Assembly (NCBI GenBank): GCA_964016885.1
Contig: OZ024745.1
Location: forward strand, 75,516,001-75,580,000
Length of the DNA stretch: 64,000 bases
DNA from: Eledone cirrhosa
Lineage: Eukaryota
Direction: 5' to 3'
Part shown: piece by piece, positions 44,167 to 58,561 of the stretch
How positions within the stretch are numbered: position 1 is the stretch's first letter
Layout of the letters: every line of letters starts with the position of its first letter
Position numbers and translations under genes: made by a program
Notes under the pieces: model-generated
What the model saw: the letters and a program-made list of their open reading frames with translations, nothing else
Told to the model about the DNA's origin: nothing
Database searches by the model: none

Positions 44167-44614
44167 TATATATATATAATCGTAATATAATAAAAATATA
44201 TATATAATCGTAATGTATATCATGGAAATTTAGAGTTCTGCATTTATTTGTTTGTTTCATTATCATTTATTATGACTAGTACGTCTACGAGCTACTTCAG
44301 AAGTGACTATATTGAACCACTAATAAATAAACCAAATTGGATATTTACAAAAAAAAATTATATTCAGAAAAATAACTAAGAATAAAACTACTTTTCTACC
44401 CCCAATGGAATGGGATATGAATTCAAATGCTCGGAAGCAGTGTTGGTAAAAACAACAAAAATATATTTTTTTTTTTTCTTAAAGTAATCGTTGAAGAAAA
44501 TATTTTCTATGTGAAGCTCTGTGGAAAGGCATGCAATTATGACAAACAATAACGCAACAACTTCAGCAACGCCAGCGATAGGAAGGCTTGTGGAAACAGC
44601 AATTATTCCACCTT

Positions 44615-45830
44615 TAACAACATCAACAGCAACATCAGCAGCATCATCAGCAGCAACATCAACAGCATCATCAGCAGCAACATCAACAACAACAATAACG
44701 GTGACGACGACGACGACGACCACCACCACCACCACCACCACCACTACCACTACAATACTGGAGCGACAGACCAACAACAACAACAGCATCAGCAATAACA
44801 GCAGCAACATCAACAACAACAATGACGACAACGACGACCACCACCACCACCACTACCACCACCACTACAATACTGGAGCGATAGACCAACAACAACAACA
44901 GCATCAGCAATAACAGCAACAACATCAACAATAACGATGACGACAACGACCACCACCACCACCACCACCACCACCACCACCACCACCACCACTACAATAC
45001 TGGAGCGATAGACCAACAACAACAACAGCATCAGCAATAACAGCAGCAACATCAGCAGCAACATCAACAGCAACATCAGCAGCAACATCAACAGCAACAT
45101 CAGCATCAACAACAACAATAACGATGACGACAACGACCACCCCACCACCACCACCACTACAATACTGGAGCGACAGACCAACAACAACAGCATCAGCAAT
45201 AACAGCAACAACATCAACAATAACGATGACGACAACGACCACCACCACCACCACCACCACCACCACCACCACCACCACTACAATACTGGAGCGATAGACC
45301 AACAACAACAACAGCATCAGCAATAACAGCAGCAACATCAGCAGCAACATCAACAGCAACATCAGCAGCAACATCAACAGCAACATCAGCATCAACAACA
45401 ACAATAACGATGACGACAACGACCACCCCACCACCACCACCACTACAATACTGGAGCGACAGACCAACAACAACAGCATCAGCAATAACAGCAACAACAT
45501 CAACAATAACGATGACGACAACGACCACCACCACCACCACCACCACCACCACCACCACCACCACTACAATACTGGAGCGATAGACCAACAACAACAACAG
45601 CATCAGCAATAACAGCAGCAACATCAGCAGCAACATCAACAGCAACATCAGCAGCAACATCAACAGCAACATCAGCATCAACAACAACAATAACGATGAC
45701 GACAACGACCACCCCACCACCACCACCACTACAATACTGGAGCGACAGACCAACAACAACATCAGCAATAACAGCAGCAACATCAGCAGCAACATCAACA
45801 GCAACACCAGCAGCAATAACAGCAGCAACA
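44615..45830. repeat. Compound CAA/CAG/CAC trinucleotide array with a ~287-bp higher-order unit
   Basis: Core CCACTACAATACTGGAGCGA(C/T)AGACCAACAAC occurs 8 times, with spacing alternating ~165 and ~120 bp in the right part. Confidence 0.9.
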
Positions 45831-46677
45831 ATAAAATCTAGAATGTGGGTGACATTGCAGTCAACGTCATTGTTTTTACCATAGTCATTTCTATTGTTGC
45901 TCTTGTTGTTGTTGTTGTTCTTATTATTGCTGTTGCTGCAGTAATTGTTGTTGTTGTTGTTTTGTTGTTGTTGGTGTTGTTTTTGATGTTATTGTTACTG
46001 TTGTTTTGTTTTTGTTTGTTTTTTTTTGTTTTTGTAAATTGTGAAACTTAAACGAAAACGAACAATAACAAATAATAGAGACAAACACTAAAATAAAAAA
46101 TATTAATTGATTAATGCCGGAGGCTTTTAATCCAAGTAGCGGTAGGAAAGAGTGACAAAGACTTGATTTAATGGAACTACTCCAAAAGGGGACAATCCCT
46201 TTATGTCAACAAAACAGAAAATACGGGGCACTCTCATTGGAATTGATTCGCCAGTCCTGCTGAAGAATTGTTCTGGGCCATGGCTCTGTTTATATTATTC
46301 AATTGACCCTTGCAAACTAACAAACGATGTATCTTATAATAGATTTCATCTTGCGGTGATAAAAACCTGAATAAGCTGTCGGTTTTCATCATAATATTAA
46401 TACGACTTTACGGAGAGGAGAAGAAAACAGCCTGAGCAGGCTATCTGACGATTAGCTCGAATTAGTCGTATGACAAATAGGATTACGCTTAAAACCGAAA
46501 CGCTCATAAATTATTTCTTGGCGTGATTCTCATCTCCTACTTGAGTCTTCAACGGTATTTAACCACATTGTCCCCAATTTCTTTTTGAAGAAGACACACG
46601 CTGCCGTAACAAACGCAGGCATACGTACATGTACGCTTAAAAGCACACACACATTTTCACATACACATACATATAAT

Positions 46678-46782
<105 letters not shown>

Positions 46783-46859
46783 TACATGTATATATACATA
46801 TATGTATATGCATATATGTATATATATATATATATACGTATATATATATACATATATAT

Positions 46860-46908
<49 letters not shown>

Positions 46909-46992
46909 TTATATATATATATGTATATATATATATGTATGTATATATGTATATATATGTGTGTGTGTGTAATGTATATATATGTATATATA

Positions 46993-47051
<59 letters not shown>

Positions 47052-47053
47052 GA

Positions 47054-47091
<38 letters not shown>

Positions 47092-47129
47092 GCCTGTATA
47101 TATATATATATATATATACATGCCTGTAC

Positions 47130-47237
<108 letters not shown>

Positions 47238-47273
47238 GCATGTGTGTATATATATATATATAAATACAGGCAC

Positions 47274-47328
<55 letters not shown>

Positions 47329-47333
47329 CAGGC

Positions 47334-47372
<39 letters not shown>

Positions 47373-47586
47373 TGTGTGTATATATATATATAATATATAA
47401 AAGCCTGTATGTAAACACATATCATGTTTGCCGAATCACACGCCCATCCACTCTCAAATACACACATGCTTACACATCTGCTAAATCTATAAAAGTACAG
47501 ATGCCCAGTTGTGGACATCTGGCCTGTTTGTGTATAGATGAAGGTGTAGTATTTAATATACATAACTTATACTTTCATCTCTCTGG

Positions 47587-47630
<44 letters not shown>

Positions 47631-47694
47631 TAAGTCTAAAAAAGTCTGATATATATATATATATATATTGTTATACTTTGGGAGGGTCATGTTG

Positions 47695-47780
<86 letters not shown>

Positions 47781-47914
47781 CGAAGGAAGTGTGGTAAGGA
47801 ACGAGATGGACCATAACGCACCAGAGTACTCAATACTTAGGGTAGTAGAGTGGGTAACAAAAAAATGTTTAACCCCGACGGCAGAGCTCAAGCCGTTTCG
47901 ACGGCTATTTCTGG

Positions 47915-47918
<4 letters not shown>
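47781..47918 (-). mobile_element. pLTR-like fragment (family also at 51837-52023 and 60961-61037)
   Basis: Shared CGAAGGAA.TGTGGTAAGGAAC...GTACTCAATACTTAGGGTAGTAGAGTGGGTA; carries the 3' half of an HHR. Confidence 0.75.
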
Positions 47919-47946
<28 letters not shown>

Positions 47947-47952
<6 letters not shown>

Positions 47953-48046
47953 TCCCAAAAAATTGTATATCCACTCTGATTACCTACACAGGCAATATTT
48001 ATTAGAATGATGTTGAAGTGTGTATTCATTTTTTGGAACACCCTGT
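47947..48046. mobile_element. ~100-bp Tc1/mariner-like MITE
   Basis: Imperfect TIRs GTGTCCCAAAAAATTGTATATCCACT / AGTGTGTATTCATTTTTTGGAACACCCTG in a TA context. Confidence 0.6.
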
Positions 48047-48780
48047 GTATATATATATATATGTGTGTGTGTGTATGTATGTGTCTCTGTGTGTGTGTGT
48101 ATGTGTGTATGTTGTGTGTAATAAATTTATATCTATACATAAAACATATCTGTACATGTTAAAGGAACCGGAACTGTGTAAATGTTTGTATAAAAATACA
48201 CATTAAGTATATAGGCAGGGAAACATGTGATATTTACGTATTTCACTGTAAATTTGAATCAAATATTTTATTTTTATTTGGTTAAACTTACAGAAACAGA
48301 AAACATTAATGGAAAGGACTATAAATGTCATAAATCAGATGAAAGGAAGAGGAAGAGCAAGGACTTCTAGACAAAAAAATAGATAGTAATTTGTAAAATA
48401 AAGTAATTGATTTTTGGCTATAGCTGTGGTGTAATCAGAGAAATATTTACATAACTAAACAATCACAAGGAAATAGGTAACTGAATGCCATATAAATCTA
48501 CCATATATAGTACTATCTCTGATGTTAGCACACTAATTTGCATATTATTCGAGCGTATTTTTGTAATATGCAAATTAACACGTATATTTTAACTTAACTC
48601 CACACTACATGACTTGAAGTTTGAACATTTACATCTTAGTAAACATTTGAATAATCAAACGTAATGTTGTGTCTATGAAACCTAAGGTAATGCATCCCCT
48701 AGTGAAGCTGTTCATACAAATAATTAATCTTGTTCAGTACCCTTTTTCCTTTGTTTGTTCTCCTATGTGTATATATCTAC

Positions 48781-48877
<97 letters not shown>

Positions 48878-48903
48878 ATTAAACGGCATTATTACATTTA
48901 CAC

Positions 48904-49197
48904 CTTTGCCTTTCATCCTTACGGGGTCGATAAAATAAAGTACCAGTAATGTACTGGGTATTTGCTGGCCTTGTGCCAATAGTAGAAACAATTATTACAT
49001 TCACACCGGTGGGTTGGCAGTATCGGTAGATGGTCGGACGCCATGCGTTGCAGCAAAGAGTTACGGCCCTTTAAGGTCTGAGTTCAAATCTCGCCGAGGT
49101 TAACTTTGCCTTTCATCCTTACGGGGTCGATAAAATAAAGTACCAGTAATACACTGGGATAATTGCTGGCCTTGTGCTAAAAGTAGAAACATTTATT
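48904..49197 (+). mobile_element. S1 SINE: partial copy (48904-48996) plus full copy (49007-49197)
   Basis: S1 motifs with B box GAGTTCAAATCTC. Confidence 0.85.
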
Positions 49198-49437
49198 ACA
49201 TCCACATTTACTTATCCATATATATATATATATAAATATAAGTATGTACACGTACATACATATATGTATACAGACGTACAGTAGTATATATATATATACA
49301 TACACACATATATATATGTACGTATGGATTCACCGAACATTTATTATAATGCTCGGTGTGTTTGTAAACAAACATCCCGTATTAAGCCGTAGTGTCCAGC
49401 AACCATCGTTGCACGTTTGTTCAACACTGACAAAGGA

Positions 49438-49480
49438 ACACTGTACTAGTTTCAATCTTATTAGCTATCGTCAGCAACGT
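49438..49480 (-). ncRNA. Minimal hammerhead ribozyme (F2)
   Basis: ACGTTG-CTGACGA-TAGCTAATAAGATT-GAAA-CTAG-TA-CAGTGT; stem II weakened. Confidence 0.72.
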
Positions 49481-49792
49481 ATACCTTCCTGCCAGATTGT
49501 TGAACGTATATACTTACCTTAGGCATATTAACGGCTGAGTGGCCCAATTTGAATATCGAGTAGGTTAATCGGCGGGGTGCACCGAAAACGCTTATCGGAA
49601 AAAATGAAACGAAATTTCATTTCCCACTCTTAGTACGGCTGTTACTTAAATATAAGTATGTACACGTACATACATATATGTATACATTCGGTGCACCCGG
49701 CCGATTAACCCACTCGATATGCAAATTGGGCTACTCAGCCGTTAATATGCATAAGGTAAGTATATACGTTCAACAATTTGGCAGGAAGGTAT

Positions 49793-49835
49793 ACGTTGCT
49801 GACGATAGCTAATAAGCTTGAAACTAGTACAGCGT
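49793..49835 (+). ncRNA. Minimal hammerhead ribozyme (F2)
   Basis: ACGTTG-CTGACGA-TAGCT(AATA)AGCTT-GAAA-CTAG-TA-CAGCGT. Confidence 0.85.
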
Positions 49836-50147
49836 TCCTTTGTCAGTGTTGAACAAATGAGCAACGATGGTTGCTAAACACTGTACGGCTTAATACGGGA
49901 TGTTTGTTTACAAACACACCGAGCATTATAATAAATGTTCGGTGAATCCATACGTACATATATATATGTGTGCATGTATGTATATATATGTACATACTAC
50001 TGTACGTCTGTATACATATATGTATGTACGTGTACATACTTATATTTAAGTAACAGTCGTACTAAGAGTAGGAAATGAAATTTCGTTTCATTTTTTTCCG
50101 TTTATATATATATATATATTGGTAAACTGCAATATAACCTAACATAT

Positions 50148-50231
<84 letters not shown>

Positions 50232-50887
50232 AATAAACGCAGTCTTCATACCAGCCGAAACCAACCACCGACCCACAGCCAAAGTTGTACGAAACAATAC
50301 AAAACAAAACAATACAATACAATACAATACAAAACAAAACAAAACAAAAAGCTTTCGTAGGAAATGACATAATACGTGACAACAATAAAACAAACACAAT
50401 TTCACTTGGTGTCTGTCCTGTATGTGGAAACATTTTGTTTATTGGAGAGCAAAATGACACGTAAAGTGTGCAGACAAATAAAGACGACAGGAAGTGTTAC
50501 AGTAGCACGTTTTTGTCCAGTGATTTATGGAACTATGGAGCAAGCAACGTTGACTTATTATCCTTTTTATTATCATTATTATCATTATTATTATTATTAT
50601 TGTTGTTATTATTATTGTTGTTGCTGTTGTCGCTGTTGTTGTTGTTGTTATTATTATTGTTATATTCCAGAATGTTCTTCGGTTTGTCTCATCGATTCTT
50701 TCAGCAATATGTCAGAGGAAAACTGACAAATGTTTTTCCAAGGAATTAACGTTTCACTTCAGGCAGATATCTCTTTTATTTTGTCTATTTATCTACATAC
50801 TACACGCACACACACACCCACACAAACATATATACACACATATATATACACATATATACACATATGTACACATATATACACATATAT

Positions 50888-51048
<161 letters not shown>

Positions 51049-51253
51049 CATATATACACACACATTTAGACATACATGTACACACAGACACATACACACC
51101 AGCACATATACACACATACAGCAATAGATATGTATATACACACACACAATCACACACAGAGACATATATATATATGCACACAGACACACAAACATATGCA
51201 TACACACAAGCACACACACACACATACTCTCATACATATATACACATACACAG

Positions 51254-51393
51254 ATGGTTGTGATGGCGATGGTGGTAGTTGTGGTGGTGGTGGTGGTGGT
51301 GGTGGTGGTGATGGTGCTGGTTGTGGCGGTATTCTGGAGGTAAAGATGGTGGTCGTGGTTGTGATATTCGTGAAAGTACAGTGTACCTCTAGC

Positions 51394-51434
<41 letters not shown>

Positions 51435-51560
51435 TTGCTGCTGATGCTGCTGCTGATGCTGCTGATGCTGCTGATGCTGCTGCTGATGCTGCTGCTGATG
51501 CTGCTGCTGCTGCTGGTGATAGTGGTGGCTGTGGTGATGGTGTTGTATTTGTGGTGGTGT
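51254..51560. repeat. (GGT)n/(GCT)n trinucleotide low-complexity tract
   Basis: Direct sequence. Confidence 0.85.
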
Positions 51561-51722
51561 AACGACACCGCTGTTGTGGCTGTCATGCCAACCGTTCAAA
51601 CGTGCTCAGGTTAAGCGTAACGCTTCGTATTTCCAGAGGTTGTCCAACTATTTGTGTAGTATACAATCAACCGCAGAAATCAGTTGATATTTCTTGTGTA
51701 TATCTATCTATCTATTGATGTG

Positions 51723-52176
<454 letters not shown>

Positions 52177-52204
52177 TGTATATATATATATATACTGTAT
52201 ATAC

Positions 52205-52316
<112 letters not shown>

Positions 52317-52849
52317 TGTGTCTGTCTGTTTGTGTTAAATACCAAATGGCTTTTCTGTCAAATATGTTATATAAAAGACATAACTGTTTTCGAGCTTAAA
52401 TCTTTTATTATTATCATTATTAAGGATATTTCATTTTTGCCTCATTAGTACTTTATATTTAGTTTAGGGCAATAGCGTTCCTATATCAATTAGCTCATTA
52501 ACTTTCCAAGGCCTCACGATCAGACGATAATGATGGCAATAATAGGGTATTGTTGCACTATGTTACAAATCTTCATGGGAATACTCTTAAAATCTCCAAC
52601 GGCTGATTAAAAATTATTCAAAGGATAAATCCTGAGAGATTCTATACATAATTTGACGTTTGTTGTGTGTATATTGATCTTTATTTGTGTTTTTGTGTAA
52701 GTAAGTATTCAATAGACACACTTTTCCTTTTTTTTTTTTATAGAATTCTATATTGAATTATAATGTTGTCAAGTAATTTTTTTCATATTTAATTTTATTG
52801 CGTGTACTGTGTTGGCTCCTTGTTGTAAATACGGCGTCAATCATAGTTG

Positions 52850-54470
52850 TGTTTCAGGTTCAACAGCTTGAATCCTGTTTGCAACGTTCATGTCTACACT
52901 GAAACTTCTATATTACAGTGATTGTCTAAAGTACGTTCAGTAATTTATTGGTTTGTACCTTCATATTGATCAGGAACTGAATTTTTGGTTAGGTGAGATG
53001 TACTCTGTTTTATGATTTTTTTTTAATTATATGTTTATCCATTCTGTAATTGAGTGAGGGGAATCATTTGATTCTTGGAGTATACAATAGGTGGCGTTTT
53101 TGTATTTTTTTTCTGGGTATTGAAGGCACTGTATCCGCGTGGGTGAATTCAGAGTTCCACAAAAAATTGGACATATTTATATATATGTATATGTGTGTGC
53201 CTGTGTGTGTGTGAATGCTTGTGAATGTGTGTGTCTCTCTGTGTGTGTATGTTTGTGTGAGTGTGTCTGCGTGTGTGTGAATATAATCATTCGACACTAT
53301 GTTATCAACTGTATATACTTTCGGTTTTGAAATAGTTGGATTAGTTAATGTACAATATTCAAGGTTAAAACAGTAACAGGATCAGAAAATATTAGATGTA
53401 GAAGATTGATTTAAATTTTTACTATATCTGTTGCACAATTATGGCTACAGCTGAAGCTATATTTGTCAATGTTGCTATTAAATCATTTAACATATATGTT
53501 ATTCTTCAGAAACTGTTTATCTAATAAGTAAAAGAAATGTTTAGCGTTATATGTAGTTACATTTAGACTAAACGAGGCATTGAATCAACTGATTTTACGT
53601 TTTCTCTCTTTACGTGTTTGACAATTGATGTTATCTGTATAACTAATTTTATCTTTAAACTCGCTTCGTTTAATCGATTCACTTTAATAAGAGGGCATTC
53701 TGCTGAAGAAAGATCTATTGACCGAAACACTGAATTATTTATTATGGTAGGCGAGTGATTTGAGCCTATATTTATGTATTTAAACTTTTCATCTTGGTTT
53801 CTTAAAAGGTGAATATTATTTGTTTTTAGATCATAGGTTATATCAAGAGGGTTAACAAGATGTAAATTTGTTTCAACTATAGTTTGTAGGCTTAAAATAA
53901 TTCGAAGAGAACTTTTCTGGATGTGTCTATTCAGACTATTCGTAGTTTAGGTCATGATTGGTCTCGATATAAATCACATTTTTAATTACTGAACATATTG
54001 TTTAACAAATATAAAATATAGAACCTAATGTGCTCATATATTTCCACAGAATCTAGGCTATCCACCGTTATATCGAAAAATTAAAATATAACATTATTTT
54101 TCTTTCTCTTCCATAAAATATTATCGAAACCGTGTATAAATATTTTGATATCCAAATCATTAACTGTAATATAAGTTATGACAAAACCTAATCCTCGTTG
54201 AAGCAAGAATTTCTTTATCAATGGGTAAAATGCAATGATCTCAAACAGAACAAATGCATATAAATGTTTGATGCTTACAATATTGAAGTAATTAATTAGG
54301 GGGCAATATATAGTAGTAAAGTGTCTGCTGTTTCATTCTAACGATAATCTTTTCTGCGATATTTTTATCCGGTGTACTTAGCTCACTTTTGGTTAGGGTT
54401 TTTAATTTACACGGTAAGTTATTTGTAAGTTTTTTTGTAAATTCTGTAGGGGTTAAGTTTAATGTAAGAT
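52850..54470 (-). mobile_element. Heavily decayed Naiad-like Penelope ORF (RT plus GIY-YIG remnants)
   Basis: Ordered minus-strand remnants: NNLPCKL..TKSEL (~54400), FVLFEIIAFYPLI (~54235), FDITVDSLDSVEIYE (~54055), LYRDQ (~53965), VNPLDITYDL, YINIGSNHSPTII (~53755), RKRKIS*FN...LLDKQF (~53590-53515), KYKNAT (~53100). Confidence 0.8.
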
Positions 54471-54974
54471 ATATGTAAAAAATAATATTAGACCCCTCTT
54501 GAGTAGTTTTCTAGTTGTTCGAACAATGTAACAGACTGCTCGTGAAATTAATCTGCCGGTGACTGAGCATTCCACTGACATGAGAAATTCAGCGTTATGT
54601 GACAAGATTCTTCTTCTTCTTCTTCTTCTTCTTCTTCTTCTTCTTCTTCTTCTTCTTCTTCTTCTTCAATACTTGGTGTTACACAGTGGAATTTCCATGG
54701 GATTAGCTAGTCTAGTGTATTCTTTTACCGGTTTCAATCATTTGACCGTGACCTTGCTTGGAGACTGCTTTAAATGGATTTTAGTCGTTCATATCGACCC
54801 CAGTATTCAAGTTTTCAAGTTTGTTTTATCAATCTAAAGTATGGGACATAACTACCGCTACATATATATATATACGTATATACACGCTCATATATATATA
54901 TATGTGTGTATGTGTGTGTGTGAATGTGAGTATGTATGTGTGTGTATGAGTGTGAGTATGTATGTGTGTGTCTG

Positions 54975-55092
54975 GCTACTAAATTCCATTTACAGAGCAT
55001 TGGACAATCTGAACTTTTAGTAGCAGTGAGATTGAACCCAGAGACACGTGTTTGTGAAGCGAACTCATTAACCACACAACCATGCCTGCGCC
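54975..55092 (-). mobile_element. tRNA-headed SINE fragment
   Basis: Minus strand GGCGCAGGCATGGTTGTGTGGTTAATGAGTTCGCTTC...GGGTTCAATCTCAC. Confidence 0.6.
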
Positions 55093-55454
55093 TATAGATT
55101 TTCTGTATTGAAGGAGGACTCTAGCAATACATTATGTCGTAAAATTCAATGGATATCCATATTCAGCTGGGCTACTCTGTATTTGAAAAGAGCTCAACAA
55201 ATCAGAAGCCACCTAGGATGGGGTTACATCACTCAGGATTTTAATCAACAACAACAACAACATCAACAATGTCAACAATAATAAAAACAACATCAGCAAC
55301 AACAACAATAAAAATAACAATTAGTTCTACAGTTTGTTAATATAGATATAAGTGATGTGACCGATGTTTATTGATTGGAATATTCTCTGAAGACTTCATT
55401 GAAATTAGAGAAAGAATGTGAGATCACCTTTTTTTGTTTGCTTATTCTTCCGCG

Positions 55455-56410
55455 ACCACCACATCCAACACAGCCGCCATCCACACACGACTGCTATCAC
55501 ACCACCACAGCCAACATCACCGGAAATGCCACGATCACAGCCGCCATCCACAACACAACTACTATAACACTACTAAACACACCACCACTGCAGCTACCTT
55601 CACCACCACCACTGTCACACCACTAACACACCACCACCACCACACGACCAAAACCATCATAGCCAACATCACCACCATCATCACTACCACACCACCACCA
55701 CTATAGCTAGTTTCACCACTACGATCATGAATTCACCACCACCGAAGCCAACCCCACCACTCCTACGACCCCAACCACAACCACTACCACCAAAACCACC
55801 ATCACCGCAGCCATCATCATCATCATCAAGACTCTCATACTATCACAATCACTAGCACACCATACTACCACCAACAACACCACCATGATCACTACCACAA
55901 TCACCACTACCAGAACCACCAGAACCCCCCACCCACCACCACCACCACCATCATCACCACCCCATAACCACCAGACCGCCACCACCAACACCACCGCCAG
56001 AGTCCCCATGATCACCAGGATCACTACCACAATCACCACTACCAGAACCACCAGACCACTATGACCACCAACACCACCAGAGTCAACACCACCACCACCG
56101 CCACCCCCACTCCCCACCCCCCCACCATCATCACCACCGCCACCACGAGAGCGCCACCACCAACACCACCGCCAGAGTCCCCATGATCACCAGGATCACT
56201 ACCACAATCACCACCACCAGAACCACCAGATCACCAATACCACCACCACCACCACCACCACCACCACCACCACCACCAAAGTCACCACTACCGACCGCCG
56301 CCGCTACCACCATCACCACTACCACCGCCGCCGCTAAAGTCACCATGACCACCAGGACCACTACCATTACCACCACCACCACTGCCACCGGAACCAACAC
56401 CACCACCACC
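55455..56410. repeat. (CAC)-rich low-complexity region with internal duplications
   Basis: GCCAGAGTCCCCATGATCACCAGGATCACTACCACAATCACCAC repeated at ~55996 and ~56171. Confidence 0.85.
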
Positions 56411-56899
56411 TCGTCTTGTAAACATTTTTCTCTAACCACTATCAATTATATTAGTGACATTAATATCTTTGCATCATTATAAAATATGACAAAGGACAGG
56501 AAAAAGGAAGTTTACACGCTACCATGACAAGGGCTGGAGTGGCCTGAACATAAAAACATCCGATCTATATTAGATATATTTCCGGGATGAACACCTAAAC
56601 ACCGTTGAATGGAGAGGCATGGCTTGATGATCTATTGAACAATAAGCGTTCAATGTTGAAATATCGACAGAGATGAACAATGGCGCGGGGAAACGTAAAT
56701 ATTAGACAAACGAAAAGAATAACAAACACCGAAATACTAAGTGTTAAGTGTAAAAACCTGGTGACCATGTTTGTTCGCGTGTGAAGTGAGCGCGTGTGTG
56801 TGACACACACATACAGAGACACACGCACACACGCACGCACATACAAACACGCCCATACATGCAGACACACACAGACACACATATGCGCACACTGTTACT

Positions 56900-56943
<44 letters not shown>

Positions 56944-57884
56944 CACATATATAGACAGACGTATAGGCTTATAAACACATACAAAAACACTCAAGCACTC
57001 ACACACAAACACACACACGAGCACGTGTGGAGTACATGCATATGTGCGTGCATATGTATAGGTGCATCCGTGTGCATTCATGCGGATGTATGCGTTCGTG
57101 TATGTGCGTGCATGTGTGTCTGTGCCTCTATATGCTGAAACGCTTGTGCCTCTATATGCTGAAACGCTTAGGCGCACGTCTTTGTATGTGCGTGTGTGCT
57201 TTTGTTTGTGTGTGTATGTACGTGCGCGCGTCTATACGCTGAGGCGTATCTGCGTGCGTCGTGTACATGCATATGTATGTGCATGCCTCTATACTTTCAG
57301 ACGTACAGACGTGTTCTTCACGTGTGTGCATGTGAGACGTATAGACGTATAGACATATGTGTATGTCTGTGTGCATGCGCGCGCGCGCGTGTGTGTGTGT
57401 TTGTATCCATTTGTTGTAATGTATAAGCATGCATCTATACATATGCATATGCGCTGCTGCGTGTGTGTGTGCGCGCGAGGGCCTATATGCTCAGACGTAT
57501 AGGCGTCTATTTATGTGCGTGTGCTCGCATGTATATGTGTGCTCGTGTGAGTATGTATGTGCGCGTGTGTGTATGACTGCACGCGGTCGCACACGTATAT
57601 GTGTGTGTACGCGTGGGTCTATATGTTGCCACATAATACGCGTGCCTCAGTATTTACGCTTATTTTTTAGTGTTTGAGACAAATTTGTTCTTACGTTGTA
57701 GTCGCGGACGTATATGAAATTTGTTTATGAGTCTCGTATAGTCAGGAGACCCTTTAATGGGAAGTTATCAATAAAAGATAAAGGAAATAGTTTCAGATCT
57801 TCCAACTTACATTTGTCATCTAAAAGAATTGCCTGACATCGAAGTTATACATATATACAGACATACATACACACACACACATAA

Positions 57885-58041
<157 letters not shown>

Positions 58042-58078
58042 CATACATATGTATATATATATTTGTGTATGTGTATAG

Positions 58079-58134
<56 letters not shown>

Positions 58135-58276
58135 ACATACATATATACACTTATATACATATATACATATCATACATATATATTTACATATATATATATA
58201 TATATATATATACTTACATATATGCATATATATATATTATATATATGCATATATACATATACACACATATATATAT

Positions 58277-58328
<52 letters not shown>

Positions 58329-58561
58329 GGGGTGAGTAAAATCCCGAACGTGACGCCAGTATATATATAGTGCAGTGTGGTTTGGTAAAGAATGTCCAAA
58401 TTTGGCAGAGCACTCAATCTGTGGAAAGGGTTTCACATTTATGAAGAATTGACCTTCTTTCTGTCTGTTTCGGAATTTTCACCTAGGTTGTCACAGTTAA
58501 AATCTGAAATGGACATAGAAACAACTGTACCTCAACGGCACCATAGATAGTGTAAAATATA

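Larger units (their letters stand above)
49234..50100. mobile_element. F2 retrozyme-like element, 414-bp variant: 1.1 units on the minus strand (49234-49686) back to back with ~1 unit on the plus strand (49687-50100)
   Basis: AAATATAAGTATGTACACG repeats at 49234 and 49648; the right arm is the reverse complement; two HHRs. Confidence 0.9.

Noticed and set aside
51150-51599. Poly-Q/H/P ORF resembling a transcription factor low-complexity region
   Set aside because: Pure trinucleotide repeats running into (TG)n with no domain
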